Of a stretch of DNA of 64,000 bases, positions 9,822 through 18,214 are shown one piece after another. Origin of the DNA: Candidatus Ruania gallistercoris. GTDB taxonomy: Bacteria; Actinomycetota; Actinomycetes; Actinomycetales; Beutenbergiaceae. Each line of letters opens with the position of its first letter. The stretch's first letter is position 1. The notes under the pieces were generated by a model. The model worked only from the letters and a program-made list of their open reading frames with translations. It did not search any database and was not told where the DNA came from. The translations under genes and the position numbers were made by a program. The stretch covers positions 9,386-73,385 of the forward strand of contig DXBY01000049.1 of NCBI GenBank assembly GCA_019116305.1. Reading direction: 5' to 3'.

Positions 9822-10737
9822 CGATTTCCTCGGTCTGGATCGTCGGGAGCATCCGGGCGTAGGCCTCCAGGTCCACCTCACCGGCGGTGGGCCGCAGGAC
9901 GGCGGCACCGGAGAGGGCGACCACCTCACCCAGGTGCGCGGACAGGTCGGCTCCTCGTGCACCGTCGGCCAGGGCCACGGCCAGTGCGGCCACGGCGGCG
10001 TCCCCGGCCCCGGTCGGGTTGCCCGTCAGCGTCTCCGCCGGGCGGGCCGCCCAGTGCTCCTCGCCGGTGACCAGCAGCACGCCGTCCGCCCCGCGGGAGA
10101 CCAGCACGGCCTCTGCCCCCCGGGCGAGCAGCGACCGGGCACCGGTGAGCACGTCTGCGGCACCGGTGGCGGCGAGCAGCTCCTCCTCATTCGGCTTCAG
10201 GCAGGCGGGCCCGGCGGCGGCCACCTCGAGCAGACCGGGTCCGGAGGTGTCCGCCACCACGGCCGCACCCAGCTCGACGGCGGAACGCACCAGTGCCGAC
10301 AGGTCACCGTCGCCTGTGCCCGGCGGGGTCGAGCCGGATACGGCCAGCACATCACCGGCGGCTAGCCGGGCGAGCACGCCGGCCGTCAGGCGCCCCCAGT
10401 CGTGGGAGGTGACCTGCGGGCCGCGTTCGTTGAAGATGGTGGCGTCCCTTTCGTCCACCACGTTCACGGTCCGCCGGGTCTGCCCGCTGACCAGCGTCCA
10501 CGCCTGCTCCACCGGCTCGGACAGGAGCAGGTCCTCCAGCGTCTCCCCTGCGGCGCCGCCGAGGAAGCCGGTCGCACACACCGGCCGGCCCAGGGCAGCG
10601 AGCACCCGGGCGACGTTGACTCCCTTGCCACCGGCGGACTCCACCACCTGCTGGACCCGGTGCACCCGCCCGTGCTGCAGCTGCGGCACGGTATAGGTGA
10701 CGTCGACGGCAGGGTTCGGCGTGAGGGTGACGATCAT
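9808..10737 (-). CDS. PfkB-family hexose-phosphate kinase (1-phosphofructokinase/tagatose-6-phosphate kinase type)
   Basis: MIVTLTPNPAVD, AGGKGVNVA, LKPNEEEL and GNPTGAGDA. Confidence 0.92.
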   Translation of the reverse strand: MIVTLTPNPAVDVTYTVPQLQHGRVHRVQQVVESAGGKGVNVARVLAALGRPVCATGFLGGAAGETLEDLLLSEPVEQAWTLVSGQTRRTVNVVDERDATIFNERGPQVTSHDWGRLTAGVLARLAAGDVLAVSGSTPPGTGDGDLSALVRSAVELGAAVVADTSGPGLLEVAAAGPACLKPNEEELLAATGAADVLTGARSLLARGAEAVLVSRGADGVLLVTGEEHWAARPAETLTGNPTGAGDAAVAALAVALADGARGADLSAHLGEVVALSGAAVLRPTAGEVDLEAYARMLPTIQTEEIDAAS

Positions 10738-11603
10738 GGGGAACCTCCGGAGGTCATCGCCAGGGCGGCAGCACCCAGGCAGCCCGCCCATTGTCCCAGC
10801 CCGGCGCGCCGCAGCGGCGGCATCGCCGGTTCCGGCAGCCGGGCGGCAAGGGCGGCGCGCAACGGCTGGACCAGGGCGTCCCCAGCCTCGGCCAGGCCGC
10901 CCCCGAGGACCACCGGCACTGGTCCGAGCAGACCGGCGCTGGTAGCCAGCACATCGGCAAGGGCCTCGATCGCGGAGTCCAGCACCCGCCGAGCCGCCTC
11001 GTCTCCGGCGGCTGCGCGTTGGAACACGGCCCGCGCCCCACCGGAGGTGTCCGAGGAGCCGGTGGCCGCGGCGTAGCGGTGCGCCAGTGCCCCGGCGGCG
11101 CAGACGCGTTCCAGCGGCACCCGGCCACCGCCGTCCGGGTCGGGGACCAGGATCTGGCCGATCTCCCCGGCCCAGCCGGTGCCGCGGATCTGCCCGTCGG
11201 TGATCAGCGCGGACGCCAGCCCAGTGCCGAGTGGCAGGAAAAACAGGTCCGGCTCGCCGGCACCCCACCGGGACTCGGCGAGCGCGCCGGCGCGGACATC
11301 GTGACCGGTCACCACCGGGGCACCGAGGCGGGTCGAGAGCAGGTCGCGCAGCGCAAGCTCACGCCAGCCGAGGTTGGCGGAGTAGACCACCACACCGCGC
11401 TGCTCGTCCACGATCCCGGGGCTGACCACACCGATTGCCGCCGTCGGGGTGGCCGCGGCCTCGCCGGCGATCAGGTCGGCGACCGCCTCCGGTTCGTGCG
11501 GTGTGGGCAGCTGGCGGGCATCACGGAGCGTGCCGTCGGTGGTGACCCGGCCGATCTTGATGGCGGTACCGCCGATGTCCACACCGAGTACCGGCGGCGC
11601 CAT
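10734..11603 (-). CDS. ROK family sugar kinase
   Basis: LGVDIGGTAIK, HDVRAGALAE, LGTGLASA, AGEIGQ and VVLGGGL. No HTH N-terminus. Confidence 0.9.
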   Translation of the reverse strand: MAPPVLGVDIGGTAIKIGRVTTDGTLRDARQLPTPHEPEAVADLIAGEAAATPTAAIGVVSPGIVDEQRGVVVYSANLGWRELALRDLLSTRLGAPVVTGHDVRAGALAESRWGAGEPDLFFLPLGTGLASALITDGQIRGTGWAGEIGQILVPDPDGGGRVPLERVCAAGALAHRYAAATGSSDTSGGARAVFQRAAAGDEAARRVLDSAIEALADVLATSAGLLGPVPVVLGGGLAEAGDALVQPLRAALAARLPEPAMPPLRRAGLGQWAGCLGAAALAMTSGGSP

Positions 11604-11604
11604 C

Positions 11605-12489
11605 TCAGTCCTCCGCGGTCAGGTGCACCGCACGGGACAGGTGCCGCGGGGTGTCCGGGTTCAGCCCGCGGGTCTCGGCCCGCGCGACCGCCACCCGGTG
11701 CAGCAGCGCCAGGTGGGCGAGCGGGTCCAGGTCGCTGGTGACGAGGGTGGCGCCGGTGGCGGCGACGTCCTCGGCGAGCCCGGCCGGAACGGGGCCGAAC
11801 ACCCAGACCACCCGGCCGGGCTGCGCGATGGAGATCGGGCCGTGCCGGTACTCCATCGCCACATAGGACTCGGTCCAGGACTGGGAGGACTCCCGCAGCT
11901 TCAGCGCCGCCTCGTGGGCCAGGCCGATGGTCCACCCGGTGCCGAGGAAGGTCAGCTGGTCGGCCTGGATCCAGACATCCTCGAGCGGTTCCTGCAGTGC
12001 GGTCCGGGCGTCGGTGACCGCAGCGGTCAGGTCCACGCCCAGGCTGGCGCGCAGCAGCGCGAGGGTGGTGGTGGCGAACCGGGTCTGCACCACGGAGGTC
12101 TCGTCCGCTTCGGCCAGCACGATCTCCGCGTCGGCGTGGGTGGCGGCCGGGCCGCCCGCGACCGCGGTGAGCAGCGCGCTCGGCGTGTCTGTGGCCTGCA
12201 GCAGCTGCACGATCTCGGTGGTGGTACCGGAGCGGGAGATGGTCACGATCCGGTCGTAGCGGCGACCGGCCGGGAACTCCGAGGCGGTGAACGCATCGGT
12301 CTCCCCCTGCCCGGCTCCCTCCCGGAGTGCGGCGTAGGCCTGCGCCATGAACCAGGAGGTGCCGCAACCCACCACGGCGACGCGTTCGCCGTCGACCGGC
12401 AGACCAGCGGCAGTGGCGAGGATGGTCTCGACTCCGGCCCACAGCTCTGGTTGGCTGAACACCTCACGGCTGGTGGACGACTCGGTCAC
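11605..12489 (-). CDS. SIS-domain sugar-phosphate isomerase/deaminase (AgaS-like)
   Basis: VGCGTSWF, ISRSGTTTE, ETSVVQTRF, EAALKLRE and EYRHGPIS. Start is probably GTG 12489; the ORF extends to 12516. Confidence 0.88.
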   Translation of the reverse strand: MTESSTSREVFSQPELWAGVETILATAAGLPVDGERVAVVGCGTSWFMAQAYAALREGAGQGETDAFTASEFPAGRRYDRIVTISRSGTTTEIVQLLQATDTPSALLTAVAGGPAATHADAEIVLAEADETSVVQTRFATTTLALLRASLGVDLTAAVTDARTALQEPLEDVWIQADQLTFLGTGWTIGLAHEAALKLRESSQSWTESYVAMEYRHGPISIAQPGRVVWVFGPVPAGLAEDVAATGATLVTSDLDPLAHLALLHRVAVARAETRGLNPDTPRHLSRAVHLTAED

Positions 12490-12553
12490 GGTGTACTCCT
12501 TGGTGCGCGGGGACACAGTCCCGGTTTCGGTGCATGATCATGAGCAGTCTAAA

Positions 12554-12588
12554 GTGCTTCCAATCAGATTCCATCACGATTGGAGCAC
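12554..12588. promoter_or_regulatory. Inverted repeat in the divergent promoter, candidate DeoR/AgaR operator
   Basis: GTGCT(T)CCAATC-N12-GATTGGAGCAC, in an AT-richer intergenic patch. A CATGATCATG palindrome lies at 12533-12542. Confidence 0.5.
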
Positions 12589-12591
12589 GAC

Positions 12592-13374
12592 GTGAATCGA
12601 CACGAGCGGCTCGGCGCGTTGTTGAACCTGATCGTGGACCGGGAGCAGGTGCACGTGGACACCGTGGTCGCCGAGCTCGGCATCTCCCCGGCTACTGTGC
12701 GCCGCGACCTGGACACGCTGGCCGACCAGCAGCTGGTGGTGCGCACCCGCGGCGGTGCGGCGGCGCACCCGAGCACCGGGGACCTGCCGCTGCGCTACAA
12801 GGCGACCCGCAGTGGAGGCCAGAAGGCTCGGATCGCCGCTGCTGCGGCGGCGATGGTCTCCCCCGGTCAGGTGGTCGGCCTGAACGGGGGCACCACCACG
12901 ACCGAGGTGGCCCGGGAGCTGGCGGTGAGCGAGCGCCTGCACTCCCGCGAGTCAGCGCACGCAGTGGTGGTAACCAACGCCGTCAACATCGCCGCGGAGC
13001 TGGCCGTACGCCCGCACCTGCGGGTCGTGCTCACCGGTGGCGTGGTGCGCCCGCTCAGCTATGAGCTCACCGGACCGCTGGCGGATCTGCTGCTGGACCA
13101 GGTGAGCCTGGACGTACTCTTCCTCGGCGTGAACGCCTTCGGCGCCGAGCCGGGTGCGGCCTCGCACGACGAGGGGGAGGCTGCGATCGGTGCGGCACTG
13201 GCGGCGCGCGCCCAGCGGGTAGTGGTGGTCGCCGATGCCAGCAAGCTGGGCCGCAGCGCGTTCGCCCGGATCCTCGGCGTCGATCAGGTACATACGCTGA
13301 TCACCGACGATGCGGCCGACCCGGAGGTGGTCGCGGCACTGCGAGCGGCCGGCGTCGAGGTGGTCCTGGTCTGA
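12592..13374 (+). CDS. DeoR/GlpR family transcriptional regulator (AgaR-like)
   Basis: HTH ISPATVRRDLDTL, K.RIA..A, LNGGTTTTEVA, VVTNAVNIA and DASKLG. Divergent from the sugar operon. Confidence 0.93.
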   Translation: MNRHERLGALLNLIVDREQVHVDTVVAELGISPATVRRDLDTLADQQLVVRTRGGAAAHPSTGDLPLRYKATRSGGQKARIAAAAAAMVSPGQVVGLNGGTTTTEVARELAVSERLHSRESAHAVVVTNAVNIAAELAVRPHLRVVLTGGVVRPLSYELTGPLADLLLDQVSLDVLFLGVNAFGAEPGAASHDEGEAAIGAALAARAQRVVVVADASKLGRSAFARILGVDQVHTLITDDAADPEVVAALRAAGVEVVLV

Positions 13375-13517
13375 TCTCACCCGGCGAAGCCTCGACCGGT
13401 CCGTGGCCTGGTACCGGCACGTCTTCGAGCTGGCCGAACCTGATCTGATGCCCGCAGACGGCGTGGTCGAGTTCCGGCTCGGACCGATCTGGCTCCAGCT
13501 CGCAGAGGGTCCGAGCT
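13370..13517 (+). pseudogene. Fragment of a VOC/glyoxalase-family gene
   Basis: Translates SLDRSVAWYRHVFELAEPDLMPADGVVEFRLGPIWLQLAEGP. It has no start or RBS and is cut off at the stop codon of the convergent exonuclease. Confidence 0.65.
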
Positions 13518-14468
13518 CTAGTCCCGCGGGCCCTCCGCGAGTACGGCCAGCACCCGCTGCACCGACGAGCCCAACCCCCACCGTGCGGTGAGCTCATCGA
13601 GCGCCTCGGCATCGGCCGGGAGCGGTCCGGCCGTCCCGGGCAGGCGCAGGTCCAGATCGCCCAGGTCGAGACCCCGGGCCACGGCAACCACCTGCACGGC
13701 GGCGTCGAGGTAGTCCCCGGCCGCGTTCAGCTTGCCGCGCAGCCCAGCCGCCAGCGGGGTGGCCGGGTCCGCGGCGGCGGCCCGGATCCCAGCGAGGTCG
13801 CCATAGGAGGCGAGCAGCGAGGCGGCGGTCTTGTCCCCCACCCCGGCCACACCGGGTAGCCCGTCCGAGGCATCCCCGCGCAAGGTGGCGAAGTCGGCAT
13901 ACTGATCGGCGCGCACGTGGTACTTCTCGCTCACGACGGCGTCGGTCACCACGTCGTGCTTGCTCACCCCGCGTGCGGTGTACAGCACCCGGACCGGCCC
14001 GCCCGCCGCGGCGTCGTCGACGAGCTGGAACAGGTCCCGGTCCCCGGTGACCACGTCCACCGCCATCCCGGCGTCGGTGGCGAGGGTGCCGATCACATCG
14101 TCCGCCTCGTACCCGTCCGCGCCGATCACCGGGATCCCGATCGCGGCCAGGGTCTGGGCGATCACCGGCACCTGGACCCCGAGCGGGTCCGGTACCTCCT
14201 CCACATCCGTGCCGGCCGGTACCTCCTCGACCACCCGGTGCCCCTTGTAGGAGGGGATCAGGTCCACCCGCCACTGCGGGCGCCAGTCGTTGTCCCAGCA
14301 GCAGGCCAGGTGGCTGGGCTGGTACTGGGTGACCAGCCGGGTGATGAAGTCCAGCAGTCCGCGCACGGCGTTCACCGGCGTCCCGTCCGGGGCGGTGATC
14401 GTGTCCGGGACGCCGAAGTAGGCACGGAAGTACAGGCTTGCGGTATCCAGCAGCAGAAGTCGGCTCAC
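13518..14468 (-). CDS. 5'-3' exonuclease / flap endonuclease (PolI N-terminal-like)
   Basis: LLLDTASLYFRAYFG, GYEADDVIGT, VTGDRDLFQL and GDASDGLPGVAGVGDKTA (H3TH). Confidence 0.95.
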   Translation of the reverse strand: MSRLLLLDTASLYFRAYFGVPDTITAPDGTPVNAVRGLLDFITRLVTQYQPSHLACCWDNDWRPQWRVDLIPSYKGHRVVEEVPAGTDVEEVPDPLGVQVPVIAQTLAAIGIPVIGADGYEADDVIGTLATDAGMAVDVVTGDRDLFQLVDDAAAGGPVRVLYTARGVSKHDVVTDAVVSEKYHVRADQYADFATLRGDASDGLPGVAGVGDKTAASLLASYGDLAGIRAAAADPATPLAAGLRGKLNAAGDYLDAAVQVVAVARGLDLGDLDLRLPGTAGPLPADAEALDELTARWGLGSSVQRVLAVLAEGPRD

Positions 14469-14481
14469 CCTCCAGACCGTA

Positions 14482-14527
14482 GTCGTCCGGTCAGGAGTGC
14501 GCTATGACGCACCCCTGAACGGACGAC
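14482..14527. repeat. 46-bp REP-like palindrome, copy 1
   Basis: GTCGTCCGGTCAGGAGTGCG-CTATGA-CGCACCCCTGAACGGACGAC; arms pair at 18 of 20 positions. Confidence 0.8.
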
Positions 14528-14588
14528 CTCGGTGGGGTGGTGGAATTGCGGCCGGGAACTGGCCTGAATCCCCTCTAGCGTCGGCGTC

Positions 14589-15740
14589 ATGACCGATCAC
14601 AGCGCCTTGACGCCGTTCACCATCGATATCCCGCAGACTCAGATCGAGGACCTCCAGGCTCGGCTGGCCGCTGCCCGCTGGCCGGACCAGCTGCCCGACG
14701 TCGGCTGGAGCCAGGGCGCGCCGGTGCCCGAGGTGCGTGAGCTCGCCGAGCACTGGCGCACCGGCTATGACTGGCGTCGCCACGAGGCCCGGCTGAATGA
14801 GTACCCCCAGTTCGTCACCGAGATCGACGGGCAGCGACTGCACTTCTTCCATGTGCGCTCGCCGGAGCCGGAGGCGCTGCCACTGGTGCTGGTGCACGGT
14901 TGGCCCGGCTCGCCGGTGGAGTTCGAGGCACTGATCGGCCCGCTGACCGACCCGCGGGCGCACGGCGCCGATCCTGCCGACGCTTTCCACCTGGTCATCC
15001 CGACGCTGCCGGGCTTCGGCTTCTCGGGGCCGACCGGTGCCGCCGGCCAGGCCTCCACCGAACGCTCCGCCGAGCTGATCGCGGCGCTGATGGACCGGTT
15101 GGGCTACCCGCGGTACGGCGCCCAGGGCGGGGACGCCGGCTCGTTCATCGCCCCACAGCTGGGTCGGCTGCACCCGGACCGGGTGGCCGGTGTGCACGTC
15201 AATGCCCTGATCACCATCCCGCCGTGGGACATCGACAGCGCCGAATTCAGCCCCGCCGACCAGGCGAAGCTGGCCGAGCTGCAGGACTGGAGCAGCAACT
15301 CCACCTCCGGGTACGCCGCCATCCAGTCCACCCGGCCGCAGGCCCTCGCCTACGGGCTCACCGACTCACCCGTCGGCCTGCTCGGCTGGATCGCGGACAT
15401 CTTCCACCTCTTCACCAACCCTGCCCACGACCGCCCCGCCGACGCTCTGGCCGTGGACGCGTTCCTGACCAACCTGAGCCTGATGTACTTCACCGGCACG
15501 GTCGGATCGTCGATGCGGCTGTACACCGACGGCGATCAGTGGGGCGCTGCGCTGCCCTCCTCCGGTGTGCCCACCGCATGTGCGGTGTTCCCCGGGGACA
15601 GCACGATCCGCGGGATCGCCGAGCAGCAGAACAATCTGGTGCGGTGGACCGAGTTCGACCGCGGCGGGCACTTCGCCGCACTGGAGGCGCCCGACCTGCT
15701 GGTAGCCGACCTGCGGGAGTTCTTCGCCTCCCTCAGCTGA
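14589..15740 (+). CDS. Epoxide hydrolase (EHN domain plus alpha/beta hydrolase)
   Basis: PFTIDIP..L..RL...RWP, YDWR, VHGWPGS, AQGGDAG and GGHFAALE. Confidence 0.93.
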   Translation: MTDHSALTPFTIDIPQTQIEDLQARLAAARWPDQLPDVGWSQGAPVPEVRELAEHWRTGYDWRRHEARLNEYPQFVTEIDGQRLHFFHVRSPEPEALPLVLVHGWPGSPVEFEALIGPLTDPRAHGADPADAFHLVIPTLPGFGFSGPTGAAGQASTERSAELIAALMDRLGYPRYGAQGGDAGSFIAPQLGRLHPDRVAGVHVNALITIPPWDIDSAEFSPADQAKLAELQDWSSNSTSGYAAIQSTRPQALAYGLTDSPVGLLGWIADIFHLFTNPAHDRPADALAVDAFLTNLSLMYFTGTVGSSMRLYTDGDQWGAALPSSGVPTACAVFPGDSTIRGIAEQQNNLVRWTEFDRGGHFAALEAPDLLVADLREFFASLS

Positions 15741-15741
15741 C

Positions 15742-15787
15742 GTCGTCCGGCGTGGAGTGCGCTATACCGCACTCCGCACCGGACGAC
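15742..15787. repeat. 46-bp REP-like palindrome, copy 2
   Basis: GTCGTCCGGCGTGGAGTGCG-CTATAC-CGCACTCCGCACCGGACGAC. 37 of 46 bases identical to copy 1, exactly 1260 bp downstream. Confidence 0.8.
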
Positions 15788-16709
15788 CCTCGCGCCAGTA
15801 GTCGACAGTGGCGGCGAGACCGTCCCGGAGCGGCGTGGGCTGGAGGTCGAGCAACTCCTCGGTCACCGTGGAGGTCATGACGAACGGGCCGTCCCACATA
15901 TAGGCGGTCTCGGCCACCTCCCGCAGCATGCCACCGAAGACGCCGAGCACCCGCAGCACACCTACGGGAACGGTGAGGATCCGCGGCACCCGCATCCCGG
16001 CCACCTCGGCAGAGATGCGGACCAGTTCGCGCTGGGTGACCGGCGGCGCCGTCGGGGCGTGCAGCACCCGGTTCCACGCCTGCGGCTGGTCGGCGGCCGC
16101 GATCATCGCTGCGGCCAGATCAGGCACGTAGGTGAACGAGTGCGGCTGGTCCAGCCTGCCGATCACCTGCACGCTCTGCCCCGCGAGCAGTCGGGTGACC
16201 ATCCGCTCCCCCGCCATCGCCGTCCGTACCCGTGGGCCGTAGAAGTCCGAGGCGACCATGCTCACCGTGTCCGCCGCATGCTCGCGGCGCGCGCGCAGCA
16301 GCTCGGTGCGCACACCGAGCTTGCCGGTCGTTGCCGCCGACGGCGTTCCTTCCGCCATCGGAGAGTCGACCGGTCCGTAGGAGTACAGGCTCTCCGGGAA
16401 AACCACGACAGCGCCGGCCGCGGCGGCGGCATTCATCACAGTCTGCTCGGCGCCGGGGAGCTCGGCACGCCAAGCGGCTGCCCGGTAGCGGCTGCCATGG
16501 ATGGCGTGGAACACGGCCCGCACGCCTTGTATGGCCCGCTCCAGCTCCGTGGCGTTGTTCACATCGAGCCGAATCCGCTCGATCCGGTCGTGCTCGGGGC
16601 CGCTCCCGGAGCGGGTGGCCAGGCGGACCTGGTCGCCGCGTTCGGCGAGCTGGGTGGCGATCGTGGCGCCGACCGGTCCGGCACCGGTGACGAGGTAGGT
16701 AGTAGACAT
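15762..16709 (-). CDS. NAD-dependent epimerase/dehydratase (atypical SDR)
   Basis: LVTGAGPVG, ESLYSYG, ASDFYGP and HSFTYVPDLA. ATG 16709 follows CAGGAG. Confidence 0.9.
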   Translation of the reverse strand: MSTTYLVTGAGPVGATIATQLAERGDQVRLATRSGSGPEHDRIERIRLDVNNATELERAIQGVRAVFHAIHGSRYRAAAWRAELPGAEQTVMNAAAAAGAVVVFPESLYSYGPVDSPMAEGTPSAATTGKLGVRTELLRARREHAADTVSMVASDFYGPRVRTAMAGERMVTRLLAGQSVQVIGRLDQPHSFTYVPDLAAAMIAAADQPQAWNRVLHAPTAPPVTQRELVRISAEVAGMRVPRILTVPVGVLRVLGVFGGMLREVAETAYMWDGPFVMTSTVTEELLDLQPTPLRDGLAATVDYWREGRPVRSAV

Positions 16710-16749
16710 GACTTCTCCTGATCGGGTCGTGGTGCGGAGCAGAGAATGA

Positions 16750-16812
16750 GAGAGCACTGCTCACATCTCGACTATGCGCCCTCGGTAGTGCCCTGTCAAG
16801 AGCAGTGCTCAC
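16750..16812. promoter_or_regulatory. Two TetR-type palindromic operators flanking a sigma-A promoter of the epimerase
   Basis: GAGCACTGCTC (16752-16762) and GAGCAGTGCTC (16800-16810). On the minus strand, TTGACA (16799-16794)-N17-CATAGT (16776-16771) lies between them. Confidence 0.8.
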
Positions 16813-16886
16813 TTTTATATTCCCCGCTCGCTTCGGTGAGGTGCCGTCGGTAAGGTAGTCGCGACGTTGAGGCCGAAAGGAGCACG

Positions 16887-17591
16887 ATGAGTCCCACCCC
16901 ACGAGAGCTTGCGCGCGAGCGCACCGAGGCGGAGATCCTGCGCCTGGCGTGCGATCAGCTCGCCACCGCCGGACCCGCCGAACTCTCGTTGCGGGCGATC
17001 GCACGCGAGCTCGGCATCGTCTCCTCCGCGATCTACCGGTACGTGCGCAACCGCGACGAGCTGCTCACCCTGCTGGTGATCGACAGTTACAACGAGCTCG
17101 GTGACGCTGTGGACCAGGCGACCTCCGCCGTCGCCGACGAGGACTACCTGGGCAGGTTCCTGACCCTGGGCCGGGCGGTGCGCACCTGGGCGCTGGCCGA
17201 ACCGGCGCGGTATGCGCTGCTGTACGGCACGCCGGTGCCCGGGTACGACGCTCCGGGCGATCGCACGACGGCTCCGGGGACGCGGGTGGCATTCGCCCTG
17301 GCGAAGATCGCGGACGAGGCGTGGCGCGCCGGCAGGTTGCGCGAGAGTGGCCGGGTGGCGAGCGGAGCCGCGAGCACGCTGGCAGAGGACTTCGCCCGGA
17401 TCCGGGACGAGCTGGAGCTGGCGCTGCCACCCGACTACGTGCAGCCGACCCTGTTCGTCTGGTCAAGCCTGTTCGGCGCCGTCACCTTCGAGGTGTTCGG
17501 TCAGTACGGAACGGACACTCTCTCCGATCCCTCTGCGCTGTTCGAGGCCCACCTGCACCAGCTCGCTGGGGTGCTCGGGCTGACCGACTGA
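16887..17591 (+). CDS. TetR/AcrR family regulator (WHG-like C-terminal domain)
   Basis: LSLRAIARELGIVSSAIYRYV HTH, and WALAEPARYALLYG. Confidence 0.93.
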   Translation: MSPTPRELARERTEAEILRLACDQLATAGPAELSLRAIARELGIVSSAIYRYVRNRDELLTLLVIDSYNELGDAVDQATSAVADEDYLGRFLTLGRAVRTWALAEPARYALLYGTPVPGYDAPGDRTTAPGTRVAFALAKIADEAWRAGRLRESGRVASGAASTLAEDFARIRDELELALPPDYVQPTLFVWSSLFGAVTFEVFGQYGTDTLSDPSALFEAHLHQLAGVLGLTD

Positions 17592-17647
17592 GCCTGCGCG
17601 CCGGGCTCTGTCGGCGCGGGTACCCGTGCCGAGCGGTACCCGTGCTC

Positions 17648-17965
17648 TCAGTGCTTCGGCGGCAGGGCGCGCACCTGCGCGAGCGCGTGGGCGACGAGCT
17701 CGGGCAGGTCCTCAGTGTCGGCGTCGACATCGAAAGAGCGCCAGTTCCGCATCCGGCGTCCAGGCATGGCCTCGCCGGCCCGCGGGTCGGCGCGGAGCCA
17801 CTCCGCGTCCGGGTCTACCCGCACGAGGAGCCCGTCAGCGCCGACGGCAACCGTCATGTGGCCGGCCACCAGGAAAGCCAGGCCGCCGAACATCGACTTC
17901 TCCCGGGTGGGCTCATCGGCGAGGAGCGAGCGCACCCGCTCCGCGAGGTCACGATCTACGGGCAC
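17648..17965 (-). CDS. TfoX/Sxy N-terminal domain protein
   Basis: EKSMFGGLAFLVAGHMTVAV...LLVRV. GTG 17965 follows TACGAT plus 6 nt. Confidence 0.85.
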   Translation of the reverse strand: MPVDRDLAERVRSLLADEPTREKSMFGGLAFLVAGHMTVAVGADGLLVRVDPDAEWLRADPRAGEAMPGRRMRNWRSFDVDADTEDLPELVAHALAQVRALPPKH

Positions 17966-18144
17966 AGGCTCATCGTAGGGCGCAGCTACGATTTCGTGCC
18001 GAGACCTACCGCGTGGCGTAGAAGGCAACAGGTGCTGCGGCGAAGACGTTGAGCGAGTGGACCCCTCCCTCATCTGGAGTGCGACCGTAGATCGCGGTGC
18101 CGCTCAGTCTCGGGACCCAGGCTCAGTCGTGCTACCCTTGTGGC

Positions 18145-18193
18145 ACTACATCCCCCACGCCTCTCAACGATGCGCACTTGGGGGATTTTCTCT
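18145..18193 (+). ncRNA. Candidate abiF-type structured RNA (putative antitoxin) upstream of the Abi gene
   Basis: TACCCT -10 box at 18133-18138. Stem ATCCCCCA (18150-18157)/TGGGGGAT (18179-18186) encloses a CGC/GCG inner pair and a CACT bulge, followed by TTTCTCT. Confidence 0.55.
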
Positions 18194-18214
18194 ATCCAGA
18201 TCCTGGAGGCGCGG

